Shown in pieces: positions 37,501 through 52,500 of a stretch of 64,000 nt of DNA. Each line of letters begins with the position of its first letter. Position 1 is the stretch's first letter. Both the position numbers and the translations under genes were made by a program. This stretch comes from Eledone cirrhosa (taxonomy: Eukaryota), in the NCBI GenBank assembly GCA_964016885.1, contig OZ024741.1, positions 416,144,001-416,208,000 of the forward strand. Direction: 5' to 3'. The notes beneath the pieces are model-generated. The model was not told the DNA's origin. It saw only the letters and a program-made list of their open reading frames with translations, and did no database searches.

Positions 37501-40500
37501 TCAACACAGACCAGGACTATTACCTACAGTTGTCTTAACCCTTTAGTTTCCAACCTGGTCAACACTGACCAAGACTATTACCTACAGTTGTCTTAACCCT
37601 TTAGTTACCAACCTGGTCAACACTGACCAAGACTATTACCTACAGTTGTCTTAACCGTTTAGTTAACAACCTGGTCAACACTGACCAGGACTATTACCTA
37701 CAGTTGTCTTAACCCTTTAGTTTCCAACCTGGTCAACACTGACCAGGACTATTATCTACAGTTGTCTTAACAATTTAGTTACCAAACTGGTCAACACTGA
37801 CCAGGACTATTATCTACAGTTGTCTTAACAATTTAGTTACCAACCTGGTCAACACTGACCAAGTCTATTACCTACAGTTGTCTTAACCCTTTAGTTACCA
37901 ACCTGGTCAACACTGACCAGGACTATTACCTACAGTTGTCTTAACCCTTTAGTTACCAACCTGGTCAACACTGACCAGGACTATTACCTACAGTTGTCTT
38001 AACCCTTTAGTTTCCAACCTGGTCAACACTGACCAAGACTATTACCTACAGTTGTCTTAACCCTTTAGTTATCAACCTGGTCAGCGCTGACCAGGACTAT
38101 TACCTACAGTTGTCTTAACCCTTTAGTTACCAACCTGGTCAACACTGACCAGGACTATTATCTACAGTTGTCTTAACAATTTAGTTACCAACCTGGTCAA
38201 CACTGACCAAGACTATTACCTACAGTTGTCTTCACCATTTAGTTACCAACCTGGTCAACACTGACCAAGACTATTACCTACAGTTGTCTTAACCCTTTAG
38301 TTACCAACCTGGTCAACACTGACCAGGACTATTACCTACAGTTGTCTTAACCCTTTAGTTACCAACCTGGTCAACACTTACCAGGACTATTACCTACAGT
38401 TGTCTTAACCCTTTAGTTTCCAACCTGGTCAACACTGACCAGGACTATTACCTACAGTTGTCTTAACCCTTTATTTACCAACATGGTCACCACTGACCAG
38501 GAGTATTACCTACAGTTGTCTTAACCCTTTAGTTACCAACCTGGTCAACACTGACCAGGACTATTACCTACAGTTGTCTTAACCCTTTAGTTTCCAACCT
38601 GGTCAACACTGACCAGGACTATTACCTACATTTGTCTTAACAATTTAGTTACCAACCTGGTTAACACTGACCAAGACTATTACCTACAGTTGTCTTAACC
38701 CTTTAGTTACCAACCTGGTCAACACTGACCAGGACTATTACCTACAGTTGTCTTAACCCTTTAGTTACCAACCTGGTCAACACTGACCAGGACTATTACC
38801 TACAGCTGTGTTAACCCTTTAGTTACCAACCTGGTCAACACTTACCAGGACTATTACCTACAGTTGTCTTAACCCTTTAGTTACCAACCTGGTCAACACT
38901 GACCAGGGCTATTACCTACAGTTGTCTTAAACCCTTTAGTTACCAGGCTGGTCAACACTGACCAGGACTATTACCTACAGTTGTTATAACCCTTTAGTTA
39001 CCAACCTGGTCAACACTAACCAGGACTATTACCTACAGTTGTCTTAATCCTTTAGTTACCAACCTGGTCAACACTGACCAGGACTATTACCTACAGTTGT
39101 CTTAAACACTTTAGTTTCCAGCCTGGTCAACACTGACCAGGACTATTACCTGCAGTTGTTTTAACCCTTTAGTTACCAACCTGGTCAACACTGAGCATGA
39201 CTATTACCTACAGTTGTCTTAACCCTTTAGTTACCAACCTGGTCAACACTGACCAAGACTATTACCTACAGTTTTCTCAACCCTTTAGTTACCAACCTGG
39301 TCAACACTGACCAAGACTTACCTACAGTTGTCTTAACCCTTTAGTTACCAACCTGGTCAACACTGACCAGGACTATTACCTACAGTTGTCTTAACCCTTT
39401 AGTTACCAACCTGGTCGACACTGACCAAGACTATTACCTACAGTTGTCTTAACCCTTTAGTTTCCAACCTGGTCAACACTGACCAGGACTATTACCTACA
39501 GTTGTGTTAACCCTTTAGTTTCCACCCTGGTCAACACTGACCAGGACTATTACCTACAGTTGTGTTAACCCTTTAGTTACCAACCTGGTCAACACTGACC
39601 AGGACTATTACCTACAGTTGTCTTAACCCTTTAGTTTCCAACCTGGTCAACACTGACCAAGACTATTACCTACAGTTGTCTTAACCCTTTAGTTACCAAC
39701 CTGGTCAACACTGACCAGGACTATTACCTACAGTTGTCTTAACCCTTTAGTTTCCAACCTGGTCAACACTGACCAAGACTATTACCTACAGTTGTCTTAA
39801 CCCTTTAGTTACCAACCTGGTCAACACTGACCAAGACTATTACCTACAGTTGTCTTAACCCTTTAGTTACCAACCTGATTAACACTGACCAGGACTATTA
39901 CCTACAGTTGTCTTAACCCTTTAGTTTCCAACCTGGTCAACACTGACCAGGACTATTACCTAAATCTGTGTTAACCCTTTAGTTACCAACCTGGTCAACA
40001 CAGACCAGGACTATTACCTACAGTTGTCTTAACCCTTTAGTTTCCAACCTGGTCAACACTGACCAAGACTATTACCTACAGTTTTCTCAACCCTTTAGTT
40101 ACCAACCTGGTCAACAATGACAAAGACTTACCTACAGTTGTCTTAACCCTTTAGTTACCAACCTGGTCAACACTGACCAAGACTATTACCTACAGTTGTC
40201 TTAACCCTTTAGTTAGCAACCTGGTCAACACTGACCAGGACTATTACCTACAGTTGTATTAACCCTTTAGTTACCAACCTGGTCAACACTGACCAAGACT
40301 ATTACCTACAGTTGTCTTAACCCTTTAGTTTCCAGCCTGGTCAACACTGATCAGCACTAGTACCTACAGTTGTCTTAACCCTTTAGTTACCAACCTGGTC
40401 AACACTGACCAAGACTATTACCTACAGTTGTCTTAACCGTTTAGTTAACCTGGTCAACACTGACCAGGACTATTACCTACAGTTGTCTTAACCCTTTAGT

Positions 40501-43500
40501 TTCCAACCTGGTCAACACTGACCAGGACTATTATCTACAGTTGTCTTAACAATTTAGTTACCAACCTGGTCAACACTGACCAGGACTATTATCTACAGTT
40601 GTCTTAACAATTTAGTTACCAACTTGGTCAACACTGACCAAGACTATTACCTACAGTTGTCTTAACGCTTTAGTTACCAACCTGGTCAACACTGACCAGG
40701 ACTATTACCTACAGTTGTCTTAACCCTTTAGTTACCAACCTGGTCAACACTTACCAGGACTATTACCTACAGTTGTCTTAACCCTTTAGTTTCCAACCTG
40801 GTCAACACTGACCAGGACTATTACCTACAGTTGTCTTAACCCTTTATTTACCAACATGGTCACCACTGACCAGGAGTATTACCTACAGTTGTCTTAACCC
40901 TTTAGTTACCAACCTGGTCAACAGTGACCAGGACTATTACCTACAGTTGTCTTAACCCTTTAGTTTCCAACCTGGTCAACACTGACCAGGACTATTACCT
41001 ACAGTTGTCTTAACAATTTAGTTACCAACCTGGTTAACACTGACCAAGACTATTACCTACAGTTGTCTTAACCCTTTAGTTACCAAACTGGTCAACACTG
41101 ACCAAGACTATTACCTACAGTTGTCTTAACCCTTTAGTTACCAACCTGGTCAACACTGACCAAGACTATTACCTACAGTTGTCTTAACCCTTTAGTTACC
41201 AACCTGGTCAACACTGACCAGGACTATTACCTACAGTTGTCTTAACCCTTTAGTTACCAACCTGGTCAACACTGACCGGGACTATTACCTACAGCTGTGT
41301 TAACCCTTTAGTTACCAACCTGGTCAACACTTACCAGGACTATTACCTACAGTTGTCTTAACCCTTTAGTTACCAACCTGGTCAACACTGACCAGGACTA
41401 TTACCTACAGTTGTCTTAAACTCTTTAGTTTCCAGCCTGGTCAACACTGACCAGGACTATTACCTACAGTTGTTTTAACCCTTCAGTTACCAACCTGGTC
41501 AACACTAACCAGGACTATTACCTACAGTTGTCTTAACCCTTTAGTTACCAACCTGGTCAACACTGACCAGGACTATTACCTACAGTTGTCTTAACCCTTT
41601 AGTTTCCAACCTGGTCAACACTGACCAGGACTATTACCTAAAGCTGTGTTAACCCTTTAGTTACCAACCTGGTCAACACTGACCAGGACTATTACCTACA
41701 GTAGTCTTAACCCTTTAGTTACCAACCTGGTCAACACTGACCAGGACTATTACCTACAGTTATATTAACCCTTTAGTTACCAACCTGGTCAACACTGACC
41801 AAGACTATTACCTACAGTCGTCTTAACCCTTTAGTTTCCAACCTGGTCAACACTGACCAGCACTAGTACCTACAGTTGTCTTAACCCTTTAGTTACCAAC
41901 CTGGTCGACACTAACCAAGACTATTACCTACAGTTGTCTTAACCCTTTAGTTACCAACCTGGTCAACACTGACCAGGACTATTACCTACAGTTGTCTTAA
42001 CCCTTTAGTTTCCAACTTGGTCAACACTGACCAGGACTATTACCTACATTTGTCTTAACAATTTAGATACCAATCTGGTTAACACTGACCAAGACTATTA
42101 CCTACAGTTGTCTTAACCCTTTAGTTACCAACCTGGTCAACACTGACCAGGACTATTACCTACAGTTGTCTTAACCCTTTAGTTACCAACCTGGTCAACA
42201 CTGACCAGGACTATTACCTACAGCTGTGTTAACCCTTTAGTTACCAACCTGGTCAACACTTACCAGGACTATTACCTACAGTTGTCTTAACCCTTTAGTT
42301 ACCAACCTGGTCAACACTGACCAGGGCTATTACCTACAGTTGTCTTAAACCCTTTAGTTACCAGCCTGGTCAACACTGACCAGGACTATTACCTACAGTT
42401 GTTTTAACCCTTTAGTTACCAACCTGGTCAACACTAACCAGGACTATTACCTACAGTTGTCTTAACCCTTTAGTTACCAACCTGGTCAACACTGACCAGG
42501 ACTATTACCTACAGTTGTCTTAAACACTTTAGTTTCCAGCCTGGTCAACACTGACCAGGACTATTACCTACAGTTGTTTTAACCCTTTAGTTACCAACCT
42601 GGTCAACACTGACCAAGACTTACCTACAGTTGTCTTAACCCTTTAGTTACCAACCTGGTCAACACTGACCAGGACTATTACCTACAGTTGTCTTAACCAT
42701 TTAGTTACCAACCTGGTCAACACTGACCAAGACTATTACCTACAGTTGTCTTAACGCTTTAGTTACCAACCTGGTCAACACTGACCAGGACTATTACCTA
42801 CAGTTGTCTTAACCCTTTAGTTACCAACCTGGTCAACACTTACCAGGACTATTACCTACAGTTGTCTTAACCCTTTAGTTTCCAACCTGGTCAACACTGA
42901 CCAGGACTATTACCTACAGTTGTCTTAACCCTTTATTTACCAACATGGTCACCACTGACCAGGAGTATTACCTACAGTTGTCTTAACCCTTTAGTTACCA
43001 ACCTGGTCAACAGTGACCAGGACTATTACCTACAGTTGTCTTAACCCTTTAGTTTCCAACCTGGTCAACACTGACCAGGACTATTACCTACAGTTGTCTT
43101 AACAATTTAGTTACCAACCTGGTTAACACTGACCAAGACTATTACCTACAGTTGTCTTAACCCTTTAGTTACCAACCTGGTCAACACTGACCAAGACTAT
43201 TACCTACAGTTGTCTTAACCCTTTAGTTACCAACCTGGTCAACACTGACCAAGACTATTACCTACAGTTGTCTTAACCCTTTAGTTACCAACCTGGTCAA
43301 CACTGACCAGGACTATTACCTACAGTTGTCTTAACCCTTTAGTTACCAACCTGGTCAACACTGACCAGGACTATTACCTACAGCTGTGTTAACCCTTTAG
43401 TTACCAACCTGGTCAACACTTACCAGGACTATTACCTACAGTTGTCTTAACCCTTTAGTTACCAACCTGGTCAACACTGACCAGGACTATTACCTACAGT

Positions 43501-46500
43501 TGTCTTAAACTCTTTAGTTTCCAGCCTGGTCAACACTGACCAGGACTATTACCTACAGTTGTTTTAACCCTTTAGTTACCAACCTGGTCAACACTAACCA
43601 GGACTATTACCTACAGTTGTCTTAACCCTTTAGTTACCAACCTGGTCAACACTGACCAGGACTATTACCTACAGTTGTCTTAACCCTTTAGTTTCCAACC
43701 TGGTCAACACTGACCAGGACTATTACCTAAAGCTGTGTTAACCCTTTAGTTACCAACCTGGTCAACACAGACCAGGACTATTACCTACAGTTGTCTTAAC
43801 CCTTTAGTTTCCAGCCTGGTCAACACTGACCAAGACTATTACCTACAGTTTTCTCAACCCTTTAGTTACCAACCTGGTCAACACTGACCAAGACTTACCT
43901 ACAGTTGTCTTAACCCTTTAGTTACCAACCTGGTCAACACTGACCAAGACTATTACCTACAGTTTTCTCAACCCTTTAGTTACCAACCTGGTCAACAATG
44001 ACCAAGACTTACCTACAGTTGTCTTAACCCTTTAGTTACCAACCTGGTCAACACTGACCAAGACTATTACCTACAGTTGTCTTAACCCTTTAGTTAGCAA
44101 CCTGGTCAACACTGACCAGGACTATTACCTACAGTTGTATTAACCCTTTAGTTACCAACCTGGTCAACACTGACCAAGACTATTACCTACAGTTGTCTTA
44201 ACCCTTTAGTTTCCAGCCTGGTCAACACTGATCAGCACTAGTACCTACAGTTGTCTTAACCCTTTAGTTACCAACCTGGTCAACACTGACCAAGACTATT
44301 ACCTACAGTTGTCTTAACCGTTTAGTTAACCTGGTCAACACTGACCAGGACTATTACCTACAGTTGTCTTAACCCTTTAGTTTCCAACCTGGTCAACACT
44401 GACCAGGACTATTATCTACAGTTGTCTTAACAATTTAGTTACCAACCTGGTCAACACTGACCAGGACTATTATCTACAGTTGTCTTAACAATTTAGTTAC
44501 CAACCTGGTCAACACTGACCAAGACTATTACCTACAGTTGTCTTAACGCTTTAGTTACCAACCTGGTCAACACTGACCAGGACTATTACCTACAGTTGTC
44601 TTAACCCTTTAGTTACCAACCTGGTCAACACTTACCAGGACTATTACCTACAGTTGTCTTAACCCTTTAGTTTCCAACCTGGTCAACACTGACCAGGACT
44701 ATTACCTACAGTTGTCTTAACCCTTTATTTACCAACATGGTCACCACTGACCAGGAGTATTACCTACAGTTGTCTTAACCCTTTAGTTACCAACCTGGTC
44801 AACAGTGACCAGGACTATTACCTACAGTTGTCTTAACCCTTTAGTTTCCAACCTGGTCAACACTGACCAGGACTATTACCTACAGTTGTCTTAACAATTT
44901 AGTTACCAACCTGGTTAACACTGACCAAGACTATTACCTACAGTTGTCTTAACCTTTTAGTTACCAAACTGGTCAACACTGACCAAGACTATTACCTACA
45001 GTTGTCTTAACCCTTTAGTTACCAACCTGGTCAACACTGACCAAGACTATTACCTACAGTTGTCTTAACCCTTTAGTTACCAACCTGGTCAACACTGACC
45101 AGGACTATTACCTACAGTTGTCTTAACCCTTTAGTTACCAACCTGGTCAACACTGACCAGGACTATTACCTACAGCTGTGTTAACCCTTTAGTTACCAAC
45201 CTGGTCAACACTTACCAGGACTGTTACCTACAGTTGTCTTAACCCTTTAGTTACCAACCTGGTCAACACTGACCAGGACTATTACCTACAGTTGTCTTAA
45301 ACTCTTTAGTTTCCAGCCTGGTCAACACTGACCAGGACTATTACCTACAGTTGTTTTAACCCTTCAGTTACCAACCTGGTCAACACTAACCAGGACTATT
45401 ACCTACAGTTGTCTTAACCCTTTAGTTACCAACCTGGTCAACACTGACCAGGACTATTACCTACAGTTGTCTTAACCCTTTAGTTTCCAACCTGGTCAAC
45501 ACTGACCAGGACTATTACCTAAAGCTGTGTTAACCCTTTAGTTACCAACCTGGTCAACACTGACCAGGACTATTACCTACAGTAGTCTTAACCCTTTAGT
45601 TACCAACCTGGTCAACACTGACCAGGACTATTACCTACAGTTATATTAACCCTTTAGTTACCAACCTGGTCAACACTGACCAAGACTATTACCTACAGTC
45701 GTCTTAACCCTTTAGTTTCCAACCTGGTCAACACTGACCAGCACTAGTACCTACAGTTGTCTTAACCCTTTAGTTACCAACCTGGTCGACACTAACCAAG
45801 ACTATTACCTACAGTTGTCTTAACCCTTTAGTTACCAACCTGGTCAACACTGACCAGGACTATTACCTACAGTTGTCTTAACCCTTTAGTTTCCAACTTG
45901 GTCAACACTGACCAGGACTATTACCTACATTTGTCTTAACAATTTAGATACCAATCTGGTTAACACTGACCAAGACTATTACCTACAGTTGTCTTAACCC
46001 TTTAGTTACCAACCTGGTCAACACTGACCAGGACTATTACCTACAGTTGTCTTAACCCTTTAGTTACCAACCTGGTCAACACTGACCAGGACTATTACCT
46101 ACAGCTGTGTTAACCCTTTAGTTACCAACCTGGTCAACACTTACCAGGACTATTACCTACAGTTGTCTTAACCCTTTAGTTACCAACCTGGTCAACACTG
46201 ACCAGGGCTATTACCTACAGTTGTCTTAAACCCTTTAGTTACCAGCCTGGTCAACACTGACCAGGACTATTACCTACAGTTGTTTTAACCCTTTAGTTAC
46301 CAACCTGGTCAACACTAACCAGGACTATTACCTACAGTTGTCTTAACCCTTTAGTTACCAACCTGGTCAACACTGACCAGGACTATTACCTACAGTTGTC
46401 TTAAACACTTTAGTTTCCAGCCTGGTCAACACTGACCAGGACTATTACCTACAGTTGTTTTAACCCTTTAGTTACCAACCTGGTCAACACTGACCATGAC

Positions 46501-49500
46501 TATTACCTACAGTTGTCTTAACCCTTTAGTTACCAACCTGGTCAACACTGACCAGGACTATTACCTACAGTTTTCTCAACCCTTTAGTTACCAACCTGGT
46601 CAACACTGACCAAGACTTACCTACAGTTGTCTTAACCCTTTAGTTACCAACCTGGTCAACACTGACCAGGACTATTACCTACAGTTGTCTTAACCATTTA
46701 GTTACCAACCTGGTCAACACTGACCAAGACTATTACCTACAGTTGTCTTAACGCTTTAGTTACCAACCTGGTCAACACTGACCAGGACTATTACCTACAG
46801 TTGTCTTAACCCTTTAGTTACCAACCTGGTCAACACTTACCAGGACTATTACCTACAGTTGTCTTAACCCTTTAGTTTCCAACCTGGTCAACACTGACCA
46901 GGACTATTGCCTACAGTTGTCTTAACCCTTTATTTACCAACATGGTCACCACTGACCAGGAGTATTACCTACAGTTGTCTTAACCCTTTAGTTACCAACC
47001 TGGTCAACAGTGACCAGGACTATTACCTACAGTTGTCTTAACCCTTTAGTTTCCAACCTGGTCAACACTGACCAGGACTATTACCTACAGTTGTCTTAAC
47101 AATTTAGTTACCAACCTGGTTAACACTGACCAAGACTATTACCTACAGTTGTCTTAACCCTTTAGTTACCAACCTGGTCAACACTGACCAAGACTATTAC
47201 CTACAGTTGTCTTAACCCTTTAGTTACCAACCTGGTCAACACTGACCAAGACTATTACCTACAGTTGTCTTAACCCTTTAGTTACCAACCTGGTCAACAC
47301 TGACCAGGACTATTACCTACAGCTGTGTTAACCCTTTAGTTACCAACCTGGTCAACACTTACCAGGACTATTACCTACAGTTGTCTTAACCCTTTAGTTA
47401 CCAACCTGGTCAACACTGACCAGGACTATTACCTACAGTTGTCTTAAACTCTTTAGTTTCCAGCCTGGTCAACACTGACCAGGACTATTACCTACAGTTG
47501 TTTTAACCCTTTAGTTACCAACCTGGTCAACACTAACCAGGACTATTACCTACAGTTGTCTTAACCCTTTAGTTACCAACCTGGTCAACACTGACCAGGA
47601 CTATTACCTACAGTTGTCTTAACCCTTTAGTTTCCAACCTGGTCAACACTGACCAGGACTATTACCTAAAGCTGTGTTAACCCTTTAGTTACCAACCTGG
47701 TCAACACAGACCAGGACTATTACCTACAGTTGTCTTAACCCTTTAGTTTCCAGCCTGGTCAACACTGACCAAGACTATTACCTACAGTTTTCTCAACCCT
47801 TTAGTTACCAACCTGGTCAACACTGACCAAGACTTACCTACAGTTGTCTTAACCCTTTAGTTACCAACCTGGTCAACACTGACCAAGACTATTACCTACA
47901 GTTGTCTTAACCCTTTAGTTACCAACCTGGTCAACACTGACCAGGACTATTACCTACAGTTGTATTAACCCTTTAGTTACCAACCTGGTCAACACTGACC
48001 AAGACTATTACCTACAGTTGTCTTAACCCTTTAGTTTCCAACCTGGTCAACACTGACCAGCACTAGTACCTACAGTTGTCTTAACCCTTTAGTTACCAAC
48101 CTGGTCGACACTGACCAAGACTATTACCTACAGTTGTCTTAACCCTTTAGTTACCAACCTGGTCAACACTGACCAGGACTATTACCTACAGTTGTCTTAA
48201 CCCTTTAGTTTCCAACTTGGTCAACACTGACCAGGACTATTACCTACATTTGTCTTAACAATTTAGATACCAACCTGGTTAACACTGACCAAGACTATTA
48301 CCTACAGTTGTCTTAACCCTTTAGTTACCAACCTGGTCAACACTCACCAGGACTATTACCTACAGTTGTCTTAACCCTTTAGTTACCAACCTGGTCAACA
48401 CTGACCAGGACTATTACCTACAGCTGTGTTAACCCTTTAGTTACCAACCTGGTCAACACTTACCAGGACTATTACCTATAGTTGTCTTAACCCTTTAGTT
48501 ACCAACTGGTCAACACTGACTAGGACTATTACCTACAGTTGTCTAAAACCCTTTAGTTTCCAGCCTGGTCAACACTGACCAGGACTATTACCTACAGTTG
48601 TTTTAAACTTTAGTTACCAACCTGGTTAACACTAACCAGGACTATTACCTACAGTTGTCTTAACCCTTTAGTTACCAACCTGGTCAACACTGACCAGGAC
48701 TATTACCTACAGTTGTCTTAAACCCTTTATTTTCCAGCCTGGTCAACACTGACCAGGACTATTACTTACAGTTGTTTTAACCCTTTAGTTACCAACCTGG
48801 TCAACACTGACCATGACTATTACCTACAGTTGTCTTAACCCTTTAGTTACCAACCTGGTCAACACTGACCAGGACTATTACCTACAGTTTTCTCAACCCT
48901 TTAGTTACCAACCTGGTCAACACTGACCAAGACTTACCTACAATTGTCTTAACCTTTTAGTTACCAACCTGGTCAACACTGACCAGGACTATTACCTACA
49001 GTTGTCTTAACCATTTAGTTACCAACCTGGTCAACACTGACCAAGACTATTACCTACAGTTGTCTTAACCCTTTAGTTTCCAACCTGGTCAACACTGACC
49101 AGGACAATTACCTACAGTTGTGTTAACCCTTTAGTTTCCACCCTGGTCAACACTGACCAGGACTATTACCTACAGTTGTGTTAACCCTTTAGTTACCAAC
49201 CTGGTCAACACTGACCAGGACTATTACCTACAGTTGTCTTAACCCTTTAGTTTCCAACCTGGTCAACACTGACCAAGACTATTACCTACAGTTGTCTTAA
49301 CCCTTTAGTTACCAACCTGGTCAACACTGACCATGACTATTACCTACAGTTGTCTTAACCCTTTAGTTACCAACCTGGTCAACACTGACCAGGACCATTA
49401 CCTACAGTTGTCTTAACCCTTTAGTTTCCAACCTGGTCAACACTGACCAAGACTATTACCTACAGTTGTCTTAACCCTTTAGTTACCAACCTGGTCAACA

Positions 49501-52500
49501 CTGACCAAGACTATTACCTACAGTTGTCTTAACCCTTTAGTTACCAACCTGGTCAACACTGACCAGGACTATTACCTACAGTTGTCTTAACCCTTTAGTT
49601 TCCAACCTGGTCAACACTGACCAGGACTATTACCTACAGTTGTCTTAAACCCTTTAGTTTCCAGCCTGGTCAACACTGACCAAGACTATTACCTACAGTT
49701 GTCTTAACCCTTTAGTTACCAATCTGGTCAACACTGACCAGGTCTATTACCTACAGTTGTCTTAACCCTTTAGTGTCCAACCTGGTCAACACTGACCAAG
49801 ACTATTACCTACAGTTGTCTTAACCCTTTAGTTACCAACCTGGTCAACACTGACCAAGACTATTACCTACAGTTGTCTTAACCGTTTAGTTAACAACCTG
49901 GTCAACACTGACCAGGACTATTACCTACAGTTGTCTTAACCCTTTAGTTTCCAACCTGGTCAACACTGACCAGGACTATTATCTACAGTTGTCTTAACAA
50001 TTTAGTTACCAACCTGGTCAACACTGAGCAGGACTATTACCTACAGTTGTGTTAACCCTTTAGTTTCCACCCTGGTCAACACTGACCAGGACTATTACCT
50101 ACAGTTGTGTTAACCCTTTAGTTACCAACCTGGTCAACACTGACCAGGACTATTACCTACAGTTGTCTTAACCCTTTAGTTTCCACCCTGGTCAACACTG
50201 ACCAGGACTATTACCTACAGTTGTGTTAACCCTTTAGTTACCAACCTGGTCAACACTGACCAGGACTATTACCTACAGTTGTCTTAACCCTTTAGTTTCC
50301 AACCTGGTCAACACTGACCAAGACTATTACCTACAGTTGTCTTAACCCTTTAGTTACCAACCTGGTCAACACTGACCATGACTATTACCTACAGTTGTCT
50401 TAACCCTTTAGTTACCAACCTGGTCAACACTGACCAGGACCATTACCTACAGTTGTCTTAACCCTTTAGTTTCCAACCTGGTCAACACTGACCAAGACTA
50501 TTACCTACAGTTGTCTTAACCCTTTAGTTACCAATCTGGTCAACACTGACCAGGACTATTACCTACAGTTGTCTTAACCCTTTAGTGTCCAACCTGGTCA
50601 ACACTGACCAAGACTATTACCTACAGTTGTCTTAACCCTTTAGTTACCAACCTGGTCAACACTGACCAAGACTATTACCTACAGTTGTCTTAACCGTTTA
50701 GTTAACAACCTGGTCAACACTGACCAGGACTATTACCTACATTTGTCTTAACCCTTTAGTTTCCAACCTGGTCAACACTGACCAGGACTATTATCTACAG
50801 TTGTCTTAACAATTTAGTTACCAACCTGGTCAACACTGACCAGGACTATTATCTACAGTTGTCTTAACTATTTAGTTACCAACCTGGTCAACACTGACCA
50901 AGACTATTACCTACAGTTGTTTTAACCATTTAGTTACCAACCTGGTCAACACTGACCAAGACTATTACCTACAGTTGTCTTAACGCTTTAGTTACCAACC
51001 TGGTCAACACTTACCAGGACTATTACCTACAGTTGCTTAACCCTTTAGTTTCAAACCTGGTCAACACTGACCAGGACTATTGCCTACAGTTGTCTTAACC
51101 CTTTATTTACCAACATGGTCACCACTGACCAGGAGTATTACCTACAGTTGTCTTAACCCTTTAGTTACCAACCTCGTCAACAGTGACCAGGACTATTACC
51201 TACAGTTGTCTTAACCCTTTAGTTTCCAACCTGGTCAACACTGACCAGGACTATTACCTACAGTTGTCTTAACAATTTAGTTACCAACCTGGTTAACACT
51301 GACCAAGACTATTACCTACAGTTGTCTTAACCCTTTAGTTACCAACCTGGTCAACACTGACCAAGACTATTACCTACAGTTGTCTTAACCCTTTAGTTAC
51401 CAACCTGGTCAACACTGACCAGGACTATTACATACAGTTGTCTTAACCCTTTAGTTACCAACCTGGTCAACACTGACCAGGACTATTACCTACAGCTGTG
51501 TTAACCCTTTAGTTACCAACCTGGTCAACACTTACCAGGACTATTACCTATAGTTGTCTTAACCCTTTAGTTACCAACCTGGTCAACACTGACTAGGACT
51601 ATTACCTACAGTTGTCTAAAACCCTTTAGTTTCCAGCCTGGTCAACACTGACCAGGACTATTACCTACAGTTGTTTTAACCCTTTAGTTACCAACCTGGT
51701 CAACACTAACCAGGACTATTACCTACAGTTGTCTTAACCCTTTAGTTACCAACCTGGTCAACACTGACCAGGACTATTACCTACAGTTGTCTTAAACCCT
51801 TTGGTTTCCAGCCTGGTCAACACTGACCAGGACTATTACCTACAGTTGTTTTAACCCTTTAGTTACCAACCTGGTCAACACTGACCATGACTATTACCTA
51901 CAGTTGTCTTAACCCTTTAGTTACCAACCTGGTCAACACTGACCAGGACTATTACCTACAGTTTTCTCAACCCTTTAGTTACCAACCTGGTCAACACTGA
52001 CCAAGACTTACCTACAGTTGTCTTAACCCTTTAGTTACCAACCTGGTCAACACTGACCAGGACTATTACCTACAGTTGTCTTAACCATTTAGTTACCAAC
52101 CTGGTCAACACTGACCAAGACTATTACCTACAGTTGTCTTAACCCTTTAGTTTCCAACCTGGTCAACACTGACCAGGACTATTACCTACAGTTGTGTTAA
52201 CCCTTTAGTTTCCACCCTGGTCAACACTGACCAGGACTATTACCTACAGTTGTGTTAACCCTTTAGTTACCAACCTGGTCAACACTGACCAGGACTATTA
52301 CCTACAGTTGTCTTAACCCTTTAGTTTCCACCCTGGTCAACACTGACCAGGACTATTACCTACAGTTGTGTTAACCCTTTAGTTACCAACCTGGTCAACA
52401 CTGACCAGGACTATTACCTACAGTTGTCTTAACCCTTTAGTTTCCAACCTGGTCAACACTGACCAAGACTATTACCTACAGTTGTCTTAACCCTTTAGTT

